A stretch of DNA of 64,000 nt, taken from positions 2,720 to 66,719 of the forward strand of contig VEQL01000011.1 of assembly GCA_018883245.1 (NCBI GenBank). The letters run 5' to 3'. Of the stretch, positions 9,206 to 19,276 are shown piece by piece. The DNA comes from Chthoniobacterales bacterium. Lineage in GTDB: Bacteria; Verrucomicrobiota; Verrucomicrobiia; Chthoniobacterales; JACTMZ01. Under the pieces are notes generated by a model. The model was not told where the DNA came from. It worked only from the letters and a program-made list of their open reading frames with translations, and made no database searches. Positions within the stretch are counted from its first letter, which is position 1; the number at the start of each line of letters is the position of its first letter. The translations under genes were made by a program, and so were the position numbers.

Positions 9206-10767
9206 GGGGTTGCGGCTGGAGGCGGAGCAGGTGCGCCCTCTTCGGGCTCCTCCGCAGGGGGAGGGCTTGCCTCGCCGGTGGCGGTCATTTCGATTTCCCC
9301 GGCATCGAAGGGCGTGATCGCACCGAGATTGGATATGACGTATTCCTCAACGCAGGCGCCGTTGCTTTGAAAAAACCGCACGCTGTTCGGCTCCGAGCCT
9401 GCGACCATCATCACACGGGAAAATCCGGGGCCGTCGGAAACGCGCACCAGCGGCAACCCGTCGGCAGCCGAAAGGCCGGTTCCCGTTTCGTTCGCAAAGG
9501 CCCTCAGGGTCAGTTCGCCGGGCGCATCCGGGTCGAGAGGATTTCCATCGAGTTGCACCGGAAGCTCCGCGGGAAGTTCGCCGGATGAAGGTTCCAGTTT
9601 TCCCGCGGACCATCCGAAATTCGCGCAGGCGGTGATTTTTTTATCGAAGACGTATTCCCATCCGCCACCTTCCTTACGGCGTATGGCGACTGTGCGTTGC
9701 ACCCCCGGCGAAGCGATCGCGGCGACGAAGTAATCTTTGCCGGCGGAGGCCGCCATCCAGGAAATTTTCCCTTCGCCCGGCGCGGGCGTCCATCGGGCGA
9801 GGTTGCCCTCCTCCGGGCTGTATTGGGCCACGGAGGAAATGCCTTCGCTGTTTTCCTCGAGTGCCCAGAACGTCTGCCCCCGCCCCGGGGAAACTTGGCG
9901 CACTTTCAAGCCGCCGGGCAGATCGATGCGCGACCACTTGTCCTGCCAGAGCCAGAGCTGCCCGTCCCCGGAAGCCGCAACGCAGCCGTTGTCCAAAAGG
10001 GCGACGGAGACCAGTCCGGGCGGTGGGTTATCCGCGGATCCCTTCGGTGCAACAAGCGGCAGCGCGTAAAAGTGCAGGGCCTTGTCGTCGAGCACCGCCA
10101 GTCGCGATCCGCGCGCGCCGATAGCACGTGTGTTTTCAAAAGCGGAGGGCAATTTGATTTCCGATCCGTCGGCAAGATTGGCGGCGCGCAAAACACCGTC
10201 GAGCAGAACAAAGGCCGCGGTGTCGGAGACGCAGAGTTGGGCGTTCTTTGCCGGCTCAGGGCGGGGTGCGCTCACCACGGTGCGCCATCGCGCCTCGCTC
10301 TCGGGCGAATAACGCACCAGAGCCCCGGTTGCACCCGCAAGACGGGCTGCAAGGAGCACATCTCCGTCGGACATCAATTGCGCGGCGGCCACGGTCACGA
10401 TCTGCGGTGAATCGTGCCCCTCGATCCAGTCGTTGAAATGCACGGCCTCGCCTTCCACTTTCACATCGCCGACCACAAAACCTCCAGCGTCGTAAGTCCC
10501 GGCCGCGACAGGCTGGCCCGACGAATCCGACCCGTCCCAGGAAACGGCAAGGCCGTTGATTCCTATGCGGAAGCGGTTGAACGTCCATTCGTCGCAGATG
10601 GCGCGCACAAGTTTGCCGCTGTTGTCGAAAACTCCGAGGCTTACCGTTCCCTCGCCGCCCGGGGGAACAAAACGTATCTCAACGCTGCGCGGAGCGGCGG
10701 CGTCTTGTGCCGCAACCGTTCCGGCAAGACCGACAAGAAGAGCAACAATCAGGCGTAATATTTCCAT
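9202..10767 (-). CDS. Secreted hypothetical protein: FlgD-Ig-like N-terminal domain plus a probable beta-propeller
   Basis: Signal peptide MEILRLIVALLVGLAGTVAAQDA. AVSWDGSDSSGQPVAAGTYDAGGFVVGDV resembles FlgD Ig-like/FLgD_tudor-type modules. The C-terminus is Pro/Glu-rich. The start overlaps the GH57 stop by 19 nt. Confidence 0.55.
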   Translation of the reverse strand: MEILRLIVALLVGLAGTVAAQDAAAPRSVEIRFVPPGGEGTVSLGVFDNSGKLVRAICDEWTFNRFRIGINGLAVSWDGSDSSGQPVAAGTYDAGGFVVGDVKVEGEAVHFNDWIEGHDSPQIVTVAAAQLMSDGDVLLAARLAGATGALVRYSPESEARWRTVVSAPRPEPAKNAQLCVSDTAAFVLLDGVLRAANLADGSEIKLPSAFENTRAIGARGSRLAVLDDKALHFYALPLVAPKGSADNPPPGLVSVALLDNGCVAASGDGQLWLWQDKWSRIDLPGGLKVRQVSPGRGQTFWALEENSEGISSVAQYSPEEGNLARWTPAPGEGKISWMAASAGKDYFVAAIASPGVQRTVAIRRKEGGGWEYVFDKKITACANFGWSAGKLEPSSGELPAELPVQLDGNPLDPDAPGELTLRAFANETGTGLSAADGLPLVRVSDGPGFSRVMMVAGSEPNSVRFFQSNGACVEEYVISNLGAITPFDAGEIEMTATGEASPPPAEEPEEGAPAPPPAATP

Positions 10768-12350
10768 TCGAGGTCGGGGAAAATATTGTCACGTTCGCGG
10801 CACGCGGCGAGAAATTCCCCGTCGGCCCGCCCGGCAGCCAGACTGTCGTGAAGGCGATTGAAGCGGAGAAGATGATCCTTCGTGCGTTTTTCCGCGTATT
10901 CGCGCGCGGTGCCGGTCCGCATGAGAAACGCCCAATCGCTTGACTGGGCAAGCAGAAGTTCGCGGGCCATCTGCCGCAGGGTTTCCTTGCGCCAAGGCGT
11001 TTTGGTCTTTGCGTGCTTGCGCGCCATGCCGGTCATGAGCCGGGCGGCACGGTGCAAATGCGGGTAAATCCAGGCGTTCGATCCATCGAGCCAGACCTCC
11101 CAGTATCCATTATTCCCCCAACTCGACGCGCAGGGTTGCACGACTTGGAGAATTTCGTTCCGGGCCAAATATGCGGACGGCGTGGTGAATTCGAAAACCG
11201 TCTGGTCGTGCGCGGCTTTGCGCAAGAACAGATCGAGAAACTCCGGGCCCTCGAACCACCAATGACCGAAGAGTTCCGCGTCGTAAGGACTGACAATCAC
11301 AGGGTCGATGGGCATCTCGGCGCAAAGCGGTTCGAATTGCGCGATGCGCCGGGCAAGGAAGTCCGAGGCGTGGGCCTCCAGGGCGGCATCGGCCCACGGG
11401 CGGTGATAAAGATCCTTGTGTTCCGTGCGCCCGGTGATGCGGTGATATTTCAGGCCGGTGAATTTTCTTTGTCCGTCGGCCCCGAGGAAAGGCCGGAGGT
11501 AGTCCAGGCCGAGGTCGTAGCCGATGTCGCGGTAAAAGTCCCGGTAGGCCGGATCGCCGGGATATCCTTCCTCCGCACTCCACACCTGGCGGCTCGACAC
11601 GCGATCGCGCGCGAAGGCAGCCGGACCTTCCGGCGTGTAGCACGGCGCGTAAATGGCGAAGCGCGGTTGCGGCCGGGCGAACATCAGCCCGTGGGCGTCG
11701 AGCACGAACCATTTCAGGTCCGCCTCGCGCAGATATTTTTCAACCCCGGGAAAGTAAGCGCATTCCGGGAGCCAGATGCCTTCGGGAGCCCGGCCGAAGC
11801 ATCGCCGGTGGTAATCGCAGGCCGTCAGAATCTGCGCGCGCACGGCACCGGGGTGGTCCGCCATGAGCGGAAGAAATCCGTGGGTCGCTGCGCAGGTGAT
11901 GATCTCGAGAAAGCCCGCATCCTGGAGCGCGCGGAAAGCGGGGAGGAGTTTCCGCCCTCTCGACTCGAAATAACCGAGGGCCGCGACAAAACGCTCATGG
12001 TAAAAACGCGCCAGCGCGTTCTGCCGCCCGTCATCCCGCGTGCGACGGACTTCACTTTCAGCAAGGGCGACGGAACGCTCGAGATGCCGTGCCGCGCGTT
12101 CCTGCAGCAGCGCGTCCTCCAGCATCGCGCACAGCGGCGGCGTGATCGACATGGTGATGCGCACCGGCGTCCGATCGTCCACCATGCGTTCGAAGATGCG
12201 AAGCAGCGGGATGTAAGTTTCCGCGATGGCTTCGTAGAGCCAGTCCTCTTCCAAGAAGTCCTCATGCTCCGGGTGGCGCACGTAAGGAAGGTGCGCGTGC
12301 AGCAGAAGGGCGAATTTTCCTTTTCTCATCGGCGGGCCCGGAGGCGGCAA
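10749..12350 (-). CDS. GH57-family 1,4-alpha-glucan branching enzyme
   Basis: KGKFALLLHAHLPYVRHPEHEDFLEEDWLYEAIAETYIPLL is the hallmark GH57 N-terminus, and the length is typical for the family. The track start is a TTG; the internal ATG at 12329 (MRKGKF...) is an equally good start. Confidence 0.85.
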   Translation of the reverse strand: MPPPGPPMRKGKFALLLHAHLPYVRHPEHEDFLEEDWLYEAIAETYIPLLRIFERMVDDRTPVRITMSITPPLCAMLEDALLQERAARHLERSVALAESEVRRTRDDGRQNALARFYHERFVAALGYFESRGRKLLPAFRALQDAGFLEIITCAATHGFLPLMADHPGAVRAQILTACDYHRRCFGRAPEGIWLPECAYFPGVEKYLREADLKWFVLDAHGLMFARPQPRFAIYAPCYTPEGPAAFARDRVSSRQVWSAEEGYPGDPAYRDFYRDIGYDLGLDYLRPFLGADGQRKFTGLKYHRITGRTEHKDLYHRPWADAALEAHASDFLARRIAQFEPLCAEMPIDPVIVSPYDAELFGHWWFEGPEFLDLFLRKAAHDQTVFEFTTPSAYLARNEILQVVQPCASSWGNNGYWEVWLDGSNAWIYPHLHRAARLMTGMARKHAKTKTPWRKETLRQMARELLLAQSSDWAFLMRTGTAREYAEKRTKDHLLRFNRLHDSLAAGRADGEFLAACRERDNIFPDLEWKYYA

Positions 12351-12412
12351 GGATTGCCGCGGCGGCGGATGCCTTCAAGAACGGCTTTCGTTCGCAGACC
12401 GGCAAAAAACAT

Positions 12413-13081
12413 TTGTCGCGGCGCGGTTTTCCGCTTTCTTGCAGGATCATGCGCTGGCTCCGAGCGACAATCGTCGTCCTGTTCGCAGCGGCCGTTGCGG
12501 CCGCGGCATGGGTGTATGCTTGGACGAGAACCCAATCGCCGCTCGAGCCGCGCGGCGGCCTTTGGTTCCCGCGCACGGTGCTCAACGACGTGCCGCATTT
12601 CGCGCAGGATGATCCGGCGTGGACGGGCGACAAACTTGCCGCGACGCCAGGGACATTGGGCGCGGAGGGTTGTGCCGTCACTTCCGCGGCGATGGTGCTC
12701 GCCTCCTACGGGGCGGATACCGATCCGGGACGGCTGAACAAATTTCTCCAAGGCAACGGCGGCTACACGCCGGAGGGCTGGATCTACTGGGAAAAGGCCG
12801 CGGAGTGGCCGCCCGTCATCGCACGCCACGCCTACGAGGCGGAAGCGTCGCACTTCCTCATGGATTGGAACCTGCTGCGCGGCAATCCGGTGATCGTGCG
12901 CCTGCGTTTTCCCAATGGCATCACGCACTTCGTCGTGGTGGTCGGCAAGAGCGGTTCCGAATATCTCGTGCGCGACCCCGGCTCGTGGCACGGGCGGGGA
13001 CTCTACTATCTTTCCGAGTTCGGCAGCCCGGTCGAGGCGCTGCGTTTTTACGAGAAGCTTCCCGCGGCCGGCGGCGTGTGA
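12413..13081 (+). CDS. Membrane-anchored C39-like (papain-fold) peptidase domain protein
   Basis: An N-terminal TM segment (LRATIVVLFAAAVAAAAWVYAW) is followed by a Cys motif (GAEGCAVTSAAMVLASYG) and a His motif (GITHFVVVVG), as in Peptidase_C39_2. The track start is a TTG; an ATG lies at 12449. Confidence 0.6.
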   Translation: MSRRGFPLSCRIMRWLRATIVVLFAAAVAAAAWVYAWTRTQSPLEPRGGLWFPRTVLNDVPHFAQDDPAWTGDKLAATPGTLGAEGCAVTSAAMVLASYGADTDPGRLNKFLQGNGGYTPEGWIYWEKAAEWPPVIARHAYEAEASHFLMDWNLLRGNPVIVRLRFPNGITHFVVVVGKSGSEYLVRDPGSWHGRGLYYLSEFGSPVEALRFYEKLPAAGGV

Positions 13082-13082
13082 T

Positions 13083-13472
13083 TCACGGCTGGCGCACGGG
13101 CAGACCTGCCGCGCGCCACGATCCAAAGCCGCCGGCATTGACCGCATTGAATCCTTCTTTGCGCAGGATGCCGGCAGCTATTCCCGACCGCGTTCCGGAA
13201 GCGCAGTAGAGGATGAATTCTTTGTCGCGGTTGGCATCGAGGACCGGGCGCCATGCGTCCCTTTTGCCACGCAGGTCTCCCAGCGACAGCAGCAGGGCCG
13301 GCCCGGCGACACCACCCTGCCATTCCGCAGGCTCGCGCACATCGACGAGAATCGCCGATCCATCTTGCACTCGCTGTGCGGCTTCAGAAGGCGAAACCGA
13401 GGGACCACCAAGCAGACGCCGGGCGAGGACGAAAAGAACCACGATGACGACGACAATAACGAGCGTTTTCAC
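13083..13472 (-). CDS. Membrane-anchored single-domain rhodanese (sulfurtransferase)
   Basis: Active-site loop FILYCASGTRSGIAAGILRKEGF. The start was trimmed to the GTG at 13472, giving (M)KTLVIVVVIVVLFVLARRLL as the TM anchor. Confidence 0.8.
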   Translation of the reverse strand: MKTLVIVVVIVVLFVLARRLLGGPSVSPSEAAQRVQDGSAILVDVREPAEWQGGVAGPALLLSLGDLRGKRDAWRPVLDANRDKEFILYCASGTRSGIAAGILRKEGFNAVNAGGFGSWRAAGLPVRQP

Positions 13473-13562
13473 GAAATCATCATGGCAAGGGCCGCCAGGC
13501 CTCGTCAACCGGACGGGGTGCGGCAGCGCCGCGGTTTGCACCGGGGGGTTTTTGCAGGCAAC

Positions 13563-14096
13563 ATGGACGCGATGAACGCCCGTTCATTTGCCATAGCTTT
13601 GCTGGTGCTGCATGCAGGCCTGTTCCCTGCCGGCGCGCAGCAGGAGATCAAACCGCCATTCGGCATGCAGTGGGGCGAAACACCGGGACGCATCAAGGAG
13701 GTGGTGGGCAAGGGCGGAGCCAAGGTCATGGAAGAGCGCGAATCGGGGCCACGCGACCTCATCGTCGTCGAAGGCATCGTGCAGGAAGGGCTGAAGCGCA
13801 CGCTTTTCTACTTCAGCAACGGCGGCCTCAGCGAAGTGGAGTTGCAATACGACAGGCCGAACTGGGAGGAGGACAAGGTCGCCGACTGGGTTTCGACGAT
13901 CAAAGCTTCGTGGGACAAAAAATACGGGGCAGGCCGGCTCTATGCCGACGAGAAGGGCGATGAAAACGGTCTTGTGCACACACTCAAAGGATGGATGTGG
14001 GTGCAAAACTTCGTGTCGTTGCGTCTGGTCCATTACACGGCGCAAAAAGGCGAAGAAAAAATGCGACGCGTGAGCGTGCACTACTGCGCGGAGTAG
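13563..14096 (+). CDS. Secreted hypothetical protein (177 aa)
   Basis: An ATG at 13563 is in frame within the long track ORF 12915..14096. Signal-like N-terminus MDAMNARSFAIALLVLHAGLFPAGAQQ. No family recognised. Confidence 0.5.
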   Translation: MDAMNARSFAIALLVLHAGLFPAGAQQEIKPPFGMQWGETPGRIKEVVGKGGAKVMEERESGPRDLIVVEGIVQEGLKRTLFYFSNGGLSEVELQYDRPNWEEDKVADWVSTIKASWDKKYGAGRLYADEKGDENGLVHTLKGWMWVQNFVSLRLVHYTAQKGEEKMRRVSVHYCAE

Positions 14097-14105
14097 AACC
14101 CCGGG

Positions 14106-14957
14106 TCAGAGCATCTCCGCGGCGAAGCGCTCGGGATCGAAGCGCGCGAAATCCGCTTCCTTTTCCCCGGTCCCGATGAAGCGAACGGGGACACCGAGTT
14201 CCTGCTGCAAGGCCACGGCCATGCCTCCGCGCCCGCTGCCGTCGAGTTTGGTGAGGATCGCCCCGGTCAGCCCCGCGGCCTGTTGGAATTGCCGTGCCTG
14301 CTCGAGCGCGTTCGATCCGGTCGTCGCATCGAGCACGATGAAGACCTCGTGCGGACTCTCCGGGTCGCGACGCCCGAGCACGCGCCGCACCTTCGCCAAT
14401 TCCTGCATGAGGTTGTGCTTGGTATGCAAGCGGCCCGCGGTGTCGCACAGGAGAAACTCCATTCCCTGACGCTCCGCGGAGTCGTAAGCATCATGGCAAA
14501 CGGCGGCGGGGTCGCCTTGGTAAGCTCCGCGAATGACGGGGACACCGAGCTTTTCGCCCCAATGGACAAGCTGCTCGATGGCGGCCGCGCGAAAAGTATC
14601 GCCGGCGGCCATCATGACCGTGCGCCCTTCGCGCCGGAGCGTGGCCGCGAGTTTCGCCATGGAAGTCGTTTTGCCTGTTCCGTTGACGCCCACAACGAGC
14701 ACGACGCGCGGCCGGCCCGGGAGCGGGAGAAGCGGCGGGTGGGCCGGCGGAAGGAGGCGGACAAGCTCTTCGCGCGCTTCACGCGTCACTTGGTCGGCCG
14801 TGGCCGAGAACCCGGCGGCAGAGCGAAGCGTCTCGAGAAGCTGCATCGTGGTCTTCACTCCGAGGTCCGCCTGCAGGAAAATGGCTTCCAGCTCGTCCCA
14901 ATCGACGGGACGGCCGCGGAAACGCTCGACGATGCCGCGAAGAAATCCGACGGCCAT
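14106..14957 (-). CDS. ftsY: Signal recognition particle receptor FtsY (NG domain only)
   Basis: VVGVNGTGKTTSMAKLA (G1), CDTAGRLH (G3), ILTKLDGSGRGG (G4). The start was trimmed to the ATG at 14957 (MAVGFLRGI...), 4 nt after the nusB stop. Confidence 0.9.
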   Translation of the reverse strand: MAVGFLRGIVERFRGRPVDWDELEAIFLQADLGVKTTMQLLETLRSAAGFSATADQVTREAREELVRLLPPAHPPLLPLPGRPRVVLVVGVNGTGKTTSMAKLAATLRREGRTVMMAAGDTFRAAAIEQLVHWGEKLGVPVIRGAYQGDPAAVCHDAYDSAERQGMEFLLCDTAGRLHTKHNLMQELAKVRRVLGRRDPESPHEVFIVLDATTGSNALEQARQFQQAAGLTGAILTKLDGSGRGGMAVALQQELGVPVRFIGTGEKEADFARFDPERFAAEML

Positions 14958-14961
14958 GTTC

Positions 14962-15393
14962 TCAGGAGACAGCCCGCGGATCGCGGCCGATTTCTTTGCG
15001 CACGCGGTCGAGAACGCCGTTGGCAAAGCGCGCGGAGTCCTCGGTCGCCAGCTGGCGGGCGATTTCGATCGCCTCATTGATGGTCACCGCCGGCGGTATA
15101 TCGAGACGCGTGAGCATCTCGGCCACAGCCAGCCGCAGAACCGCGCGATCGACGGCCCCGAGGCGGCGGAGATCCCAGTTTTGCAGCGCGCCGGAAAGCA
15201 GGCTGTCGATTTTCGGCAGGTTTTGCCGCGCGGCATCAAGCAATTCACACGCGAAGGGTTGAGTCCCGGCATCCAACGTCACCTCGTCTTTGCCGGTTCC
15301 GGGGGCAAGGGCACCGCGCATTTCACAACCGTAAAGTTGCTGCACGGCTTGGAGGCGCGACTCGCGGCGGTTTTCTTTGCTCACACGGGTCAC
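14962..15393 (-). CDS. nusB: Transcription antitermination factor NusB
   Basis: ESRLQAVQQLYGCEM ... AVLRLAVAEML ... TINEAIEIARQLATEDSARFANGVLDRV. Conserved position after ribH. Confidence 0.9.
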   Translation of the reverse strand: MTRVSKENRRESRLQAVQQLYGCEMRGALAPGTGKDEVTLDAGTQPFACELLDAARQNLPKIDSLLSGALQNWDLRRLGAVDRAVLRLAVAEMLTRLDIPPAVTINEAIEIARQLATEDSARFANGVLDRVRKEIGRDPRAVS

Positions 15394-15394
15394 C

Positions 15395-15889
15395 TCAGCG
15401 AGATGTCGGCTTGTCTTTGAGTTGCTGTTTCACGCGGAGCATGACGAAGGCCGCGCGCGCAGCCTCAACGCCGCGGTTGAGCTCCTTCTCGATGCAACGC
15501 TCGCGCGCCTCCCCCTCGCTGTTCACCAGGAGCACCTCGTGGATGACCGGGATCGTGTGCTTGAGGGCGACCTGTTGCAGGGCGAAGCTCACGCTCTGGC
15601 CGATGAATTCCGCATGCTTCGTCGCGCCCTGCATGATGAGACCGAGGGCGATTATGACATCGTGGCGATGCTTGGCCGCGACGATTTCGGCGACCACGGG
15701 AATTTCAAACGCCCCGGATGCGCCGAACAGTTCGATGACGGAACCTTCATCGATGAGATAAATCTCTTTGCATGTGTGATTGACCAGAGCCTGCACGAAC
15801 TCGGCGTTGTATTCGCTGGCCACGATCGCGATGCGCGGGGCGGTCCCGGATTCGAACTTCGCCGGGCGGGGTTGGACTTTGACTGCCAT
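15395..15889 (-). CDS. ribH: 6,7-dimethyl-8-ribityllumazine synthase
   Basis: PRIAIVASEYNAEFV, GAFEIPVVAEIVA, ALGLIMQGATKHAEFI. The start was trimmed to the ATG at 15889 (MAVKVQPRP...). Confidence 0.92.
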   Translation of the reverse strand: MAVKVQPRPAKFESGTAPRIAIVASEYNAEFVQALVNHTCKEIYLIDEGSVIELFGASGAFEIPVVAEIVAAKHRHDVIIALGLIMQGATKHAEFIGQSVSFALQQVALKHTIPVIHEVLLVNSEGEARERCIEKELNRGVEAARAAFVMLRVKQQLKDKPTSR

Positions 15890-15923
15890 GGAGTTTTTTT
15901 GCAGGAGGACCGGCGGGTCGCAA

Positions 15924-17129
15924 TCAAAGAAGGTGACCCATCTTGCGTTTCTTCGTCCGCAGGTAGCGCGCGTTGTGGGCGTGCGGCTTGGACTTGATTG
16001 GGACGCGCGAAACAATTTCCAGTCCGTGCCCGGAGAGGCCGACCATTTTGCGCGGGTTGTTGGTCAGAAGGCGGATTTTGCGCACGCCGAGATCGGAGAG
16101 AATCTGGGCGCCGAGCCCGTATTCGCGGAGATCCATGGGGAAGCCGAGCCGCTTGTTGGCTTCCACGGTGTCGAGCCCTTCATCTTCTTGGAGTTTGTAG
16201 GCGTGGATTTTCGCGGGCAGACCGATGCCGCGCCCCTCCTGCCGCATATAAACGAGAACGCCGGACCCGTGCGCGGCGATCTGGCGCAAGGCCTGGTGCA
16301 ATTGCGACCCGCAGTCGCAACGGCGCGAGGCGAACACGTCGCCGGTCAGGCACTCGCTGTGCACACGCACGAGCACGGGCTGCCGCGGGTTGATGTCGCC
16401 CCGCACCAGCGCGAGGTGGTGCGCGCCGTCGGTGAGCGAGCGGTAAAGATAAAGGTCGAAATCGCCGAAGTCGGTGGGAAGACGGACGCACTGCTCGCGC
16501 TCGACGAGTTTTTCCCTCCGCCGGCGGTAGGCGATCAGGTCGCGGATGGAGCACATCTTGAGACGGTGCTTGCGGCGGAACTTGAGCAGGTCCGGAAGAC
16601 GCGCCATCGACCCGTCGTCGTTGAGGATCTCGCAAATGACACCGGTGGCATCGAGTCCCGCCATGCGCGCGAGATCGACCGCGGCCTCCGTGTGGCCGGC
16701 GCGCTGCAACACGCCGCCTTCCCTCGCCTGCAAAGGAAAAACATGGCCGGGCTCGGTGAGGTCCGCTGGTCCCGACTTCGACGAAGACAAAATTTTGATC
16801 GTGCGCGCTCGGTCCCGGGCGCTGATGCCCGTGGTCACGCCCCGCGCGGCATCGACCGACACGGTGAAATCCGTCCGGTGAAGCTCGCGGTTGTGGGCCA
16901 CCATGCGCTGCAACCCGAGCTGGCGGGCGCGCGCCTCGGCGAGCGGAACGCAGACCAAGCCCCGCCCGTGGCGGGTCATGAAGTTCACGGCCTCGGGCGT
17001 GACCTTGGCCGCGGCCATGACAAGATCGCCTTCGTTCTCGCGCTCAGCATCATCGGTCACGATGACCATGCGGCCGGCACGGATGTCTTTAAGCACATCC
17101 TCGATGGGATCGGACGCCGTTTTGCTCAC
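15924..17129 (-). CDS. ribBA: Bifunctional 3,4-dihydroxy-2-butanone-4-phosphate synthase / GTP cyclohydrolase II
   Basis: [22 protein letters not shown] (DHBP synthase); [21 protein letters not shown] and EGRGIGL (GCH II). GTG start. Confidence 0.95.
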   Translation of the reverse strand: MSKTASDPIEDVLKDIRAGRMVIVTDDAERENEGDLVMAAAKVTPEAVNFMTRHGRGLVCVPLAEARARQLGLQRMVAHNRELHRTDFTVSVDAARGVTTGISARDRARTIKILSSSKSGPADLTEPGHVFPLQAREGGVLQRAGHTEAAVDLARMAGLDATGVICEILNDDGSMARLPDLLKFRRKHRLKMCSIRDLIAYRRRREKLVEREQCVRLPTDFGDFDLYLYRSLTDGAHHLALVRGDINPRQPVLVRVHSECLTGDVFASRRCDCGSQLHQALRQIAAHGSGVLVYMRQEGRGIGLPAKIHAYKLQEDEGLDTVEANKRLGFPMDLREYGLGAQILSDLGVRKIRLLTNNPRKMVGLSGHGLEIVSRVPIKSKPHAHNARYLRTKKRKMGHLL

Positions 17130-17234
17130 AGCCCTGCAGTAAAGCAGTCCGTGCGAGCTTCGGCAACCGCCGCGCGCGCGGTAAGATTTTGATTTTTGCC
17201 GCGCGGCCGCTACGGTCGGAGGCCTCAGACTACC

Positions 17235-18152
17235 ATGCGAAAACTATTCCTTGCGCTAATGCTTGCGACCGCCCTGCTCGCGCGGGCGGACGCCGCCCGC
17301 AGCTTCATCGTCGTGGACGACCTCACAGGCCATGTTCTGGCCTCGGGTAACGAGAACGAAAAGCTGCAGATCGGCAGCCTGACGAAGATTGCCACCGCGA
17401 TGGTGGTCATGGACTGGGCCGACGCCACGCGCGCCTCGCTCGCCGCGGAAGTGCCGGTGCCGCCCGGCGTGCAAAGCGTTGGAGGAATGAACCCTTGCGG
17501 GCTGCAACCCGGGGACATGGTATCCCTGCGCGATTTGATCTACGCGGCGATGATGGTGTCCGACAACCATGCCGCTTACACCTTGGCGCACAATGTCGGA
17601 GAGCGACTGCCCAATCCCCAGCAACTCGGGCCGGTGGACAATTTCACGGCGCACATGAACGCCCTGGCGCGCACCCTCGGGATGAAGCGCACGATTTTTC
17701 TCAATCCCCACGGGCTGGACAACATGGAGACGCCCCCGCATTCCACGGCGACAGACCTCGCGCGCCTGACGCGCTACGCTTACAAACACGCCGGTTTCAA
17801 TTTTTACGTCTCGCAACCCGCCCGCGAGATTTCCATCACGGGGGCGGACGGCACCAAGCGCGGGTTCCTGTTGCGCAACACAAACGAGGTGCTGGGGCAG
17901 GACGGCATCGACGGCGTGAAAACCGGGCGCACAGCGCGCGCCGGCGACTGCCTGGTTCTCTCGGCCGATCAGGCGCCGGCGACGGTGGACAACAACGGCC
18001 AGACCGTGGCCATACCACGCCGCATCATCGTCGTCCTGCTCGCATCGCCCGACCGCTTCGGCGAAGGGTTGCAACTCGTCCGCCGCGCCTGGGAGTTGCA
18101 CGCGCAGTGGTCCGCCGAAGGTCGCCCGGTGTCGCGACGGTCTTCCATTTGA
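17235..18152 (+). CDS. D-alanyl-D-alanine carboxypeptidase (S11 penicillin-binding protein)
   Basis: Signal peptide [20 protein letters not shown]. SxxK in [13 protein letters not shown], SxN in [12 protein letters not shown] in [11 protein letters not shown]. Confidence 0.8.
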   Translation: MRKLFLALMLATALLARADAARSFIVVDDLTGHVLASGNENEKLQIGSLTKIATAMVVMDWADATRASLAAEVPVPPGVQSVGGMNPCGLQPGDMVSLRDLIYAAMMVSDNHAAYTLAHNVGERLPNPQQLGPVDNFTAHMNALARTLGMKRTIFLNPHGLDNMETPPHSTATDLARLTRYAYKHAGFNFYVSQPAREISITGADGTKRGFLLRNTNEVLGQDGIDGVKTGRTARAGDCLVLSADQAPATVDNNGQTVAIPRRIIVVLLASPDRFGEGLQLVRRAWELHAQWSAEGRPVSRRSSI

Positions 18153-18165
18153 GCGGAGGCCCACC

Positions 18166-19245
18166 ATGCCTTCATCCCGACTGGGCATCATCACGGCAGG
18201 CGGGGACTGCCCGGGTCTCAACGCGGTGATCCGCGGAATTGTTTGCGCGGCGGCTCAACGCGACACGGAAGTCGTCGGTTTCGCCGAGGGCTACGAAGGT
18301 CTGCTCGACCCGTCATGCGCGCGTCTTCTGACGCCGGCGAACACGCGCGGCATCGAATCGCAGGGAGGAACCATTCTCGGCTCGACCAACAAGGGTCGCT
18401 TCCAACTGCGCCGGGGGCCGGCCGGCGAGCCCGTTTTGCCCGATGCCCTGCTGCGCGCGACGCGACACGCCATGGAGCAACAGCGCGCGGCCGCTTTGAT
18501 CGTCATGGGAGGCGACGGCTCGCTGCGCACCGCGTTGCATCTTTCGCGGGCGGGCATCCGCGTGCTTGGCGTCCCGAAGACCATCGACAACGACCTCGAT
18601 TCGACCGACGTGACATTCGGTTTCGACACGGCCGTGGCGCGCGTGGCGGAAGCCGTGGGGGAATTACGGACGACCGCGGAGAGTCACCGGCGCGTCATGG
18701 TTGTCGAAGTCATGGGGCGCCAGAGCGGGTGGCTCGCCTTGCACGGTGCGGTCGCCGGAGGTGCGGACCTCGTCCTGCTGCCCGAGATACCTTTCGACGG
18801 GGACAACATCGTGAAATTCATCAAGGAATCCGAAAGGCGCGGACAGCGGTCGGTGATTGCCGTCGTGGCCGAGGGCGCACGCGCGAAATCCGGACGGCAG
18901 ATAAGGCGCCAGACCTCGACGGGCGACAGCAGACTCGGCGGCATCGGCAACTATGTGGAATCCCTCGTCGCGGCACGCACGGGCCGCGAGACGCGCTGCT
19001 GCGCGCTCGGGCATCTGCAGCGGGGCGGAACACCCACGGCTTTCGATCGTGTGCTGGGACAACAATTCGGCGTGAGAGCGGTGGAACTTGCCGCCGACGG
19101 CATGTTCGGGCGCATGGTCAGCTACCGCTTCGGGGGCGTCACCGATGTCGCGCTGGCTGATGCGGTCAACCGCCGGCGCACCGTGACGCCCGACAGCCAG
19201 ATTTTGCGCCACGCCAGAGGTCTCGGAATCTGTCTCGGGGAGTAG
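18166..19245 (+). CDS. pfkA: 6-phosphofructokinase (ATP-type GGDGS signature)
   Basis: RLGIITAGGDCPGLNAVIRG, VMGGDGSL, PKTIDNDL, VEVMGRQSGWLAL. Confidence 0.85.
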   Translation: MPSSRLGIITAGGDCPGLNAVIRGIVCAAAQRDTEVVGFAEGYEGLLDPSCARLLTPANTRGIESQGGTILGSTNKGRFQLRRGPAGEPVLPDALLRATRHAMEQQRAAALIVMGGDGSLRTALHLSRAGIRVLGVPKTIDNDLDSTDVTFGFDTAVARVAEAVGELRTTAESHRRVMVVEVMGRQSGWLALHGAVAGGADLVLLPEIPFDGDNIVKFIKESERRGQRSVIAVVAEGARAKSGRQIRRQTSTGDSRLGGIGNYVESLVAARTGRETRCCALGHLQRGGTPTAFDRVLGQQFGVRAVELAADGMFGRMVSYRFGGVTDVALADAVNRRRTVTPDSQILRHARGLGICLGE

Positions 19246-19276
19246 AACCTCTCCCGGTTGCGACGGGTTCTGATTT

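Noticed and set aside
17130-17234. A possible FMN riboswitch upstream of ribBA
   Set aside because: Only about 105 nt are shared with the divergent dac-like gene. The conserved FMN-element core (GGGCAGGGTGAAATTCCC-type and the following helices) is not present. There is only a chance CCGACCGTAGCGG resemblance.
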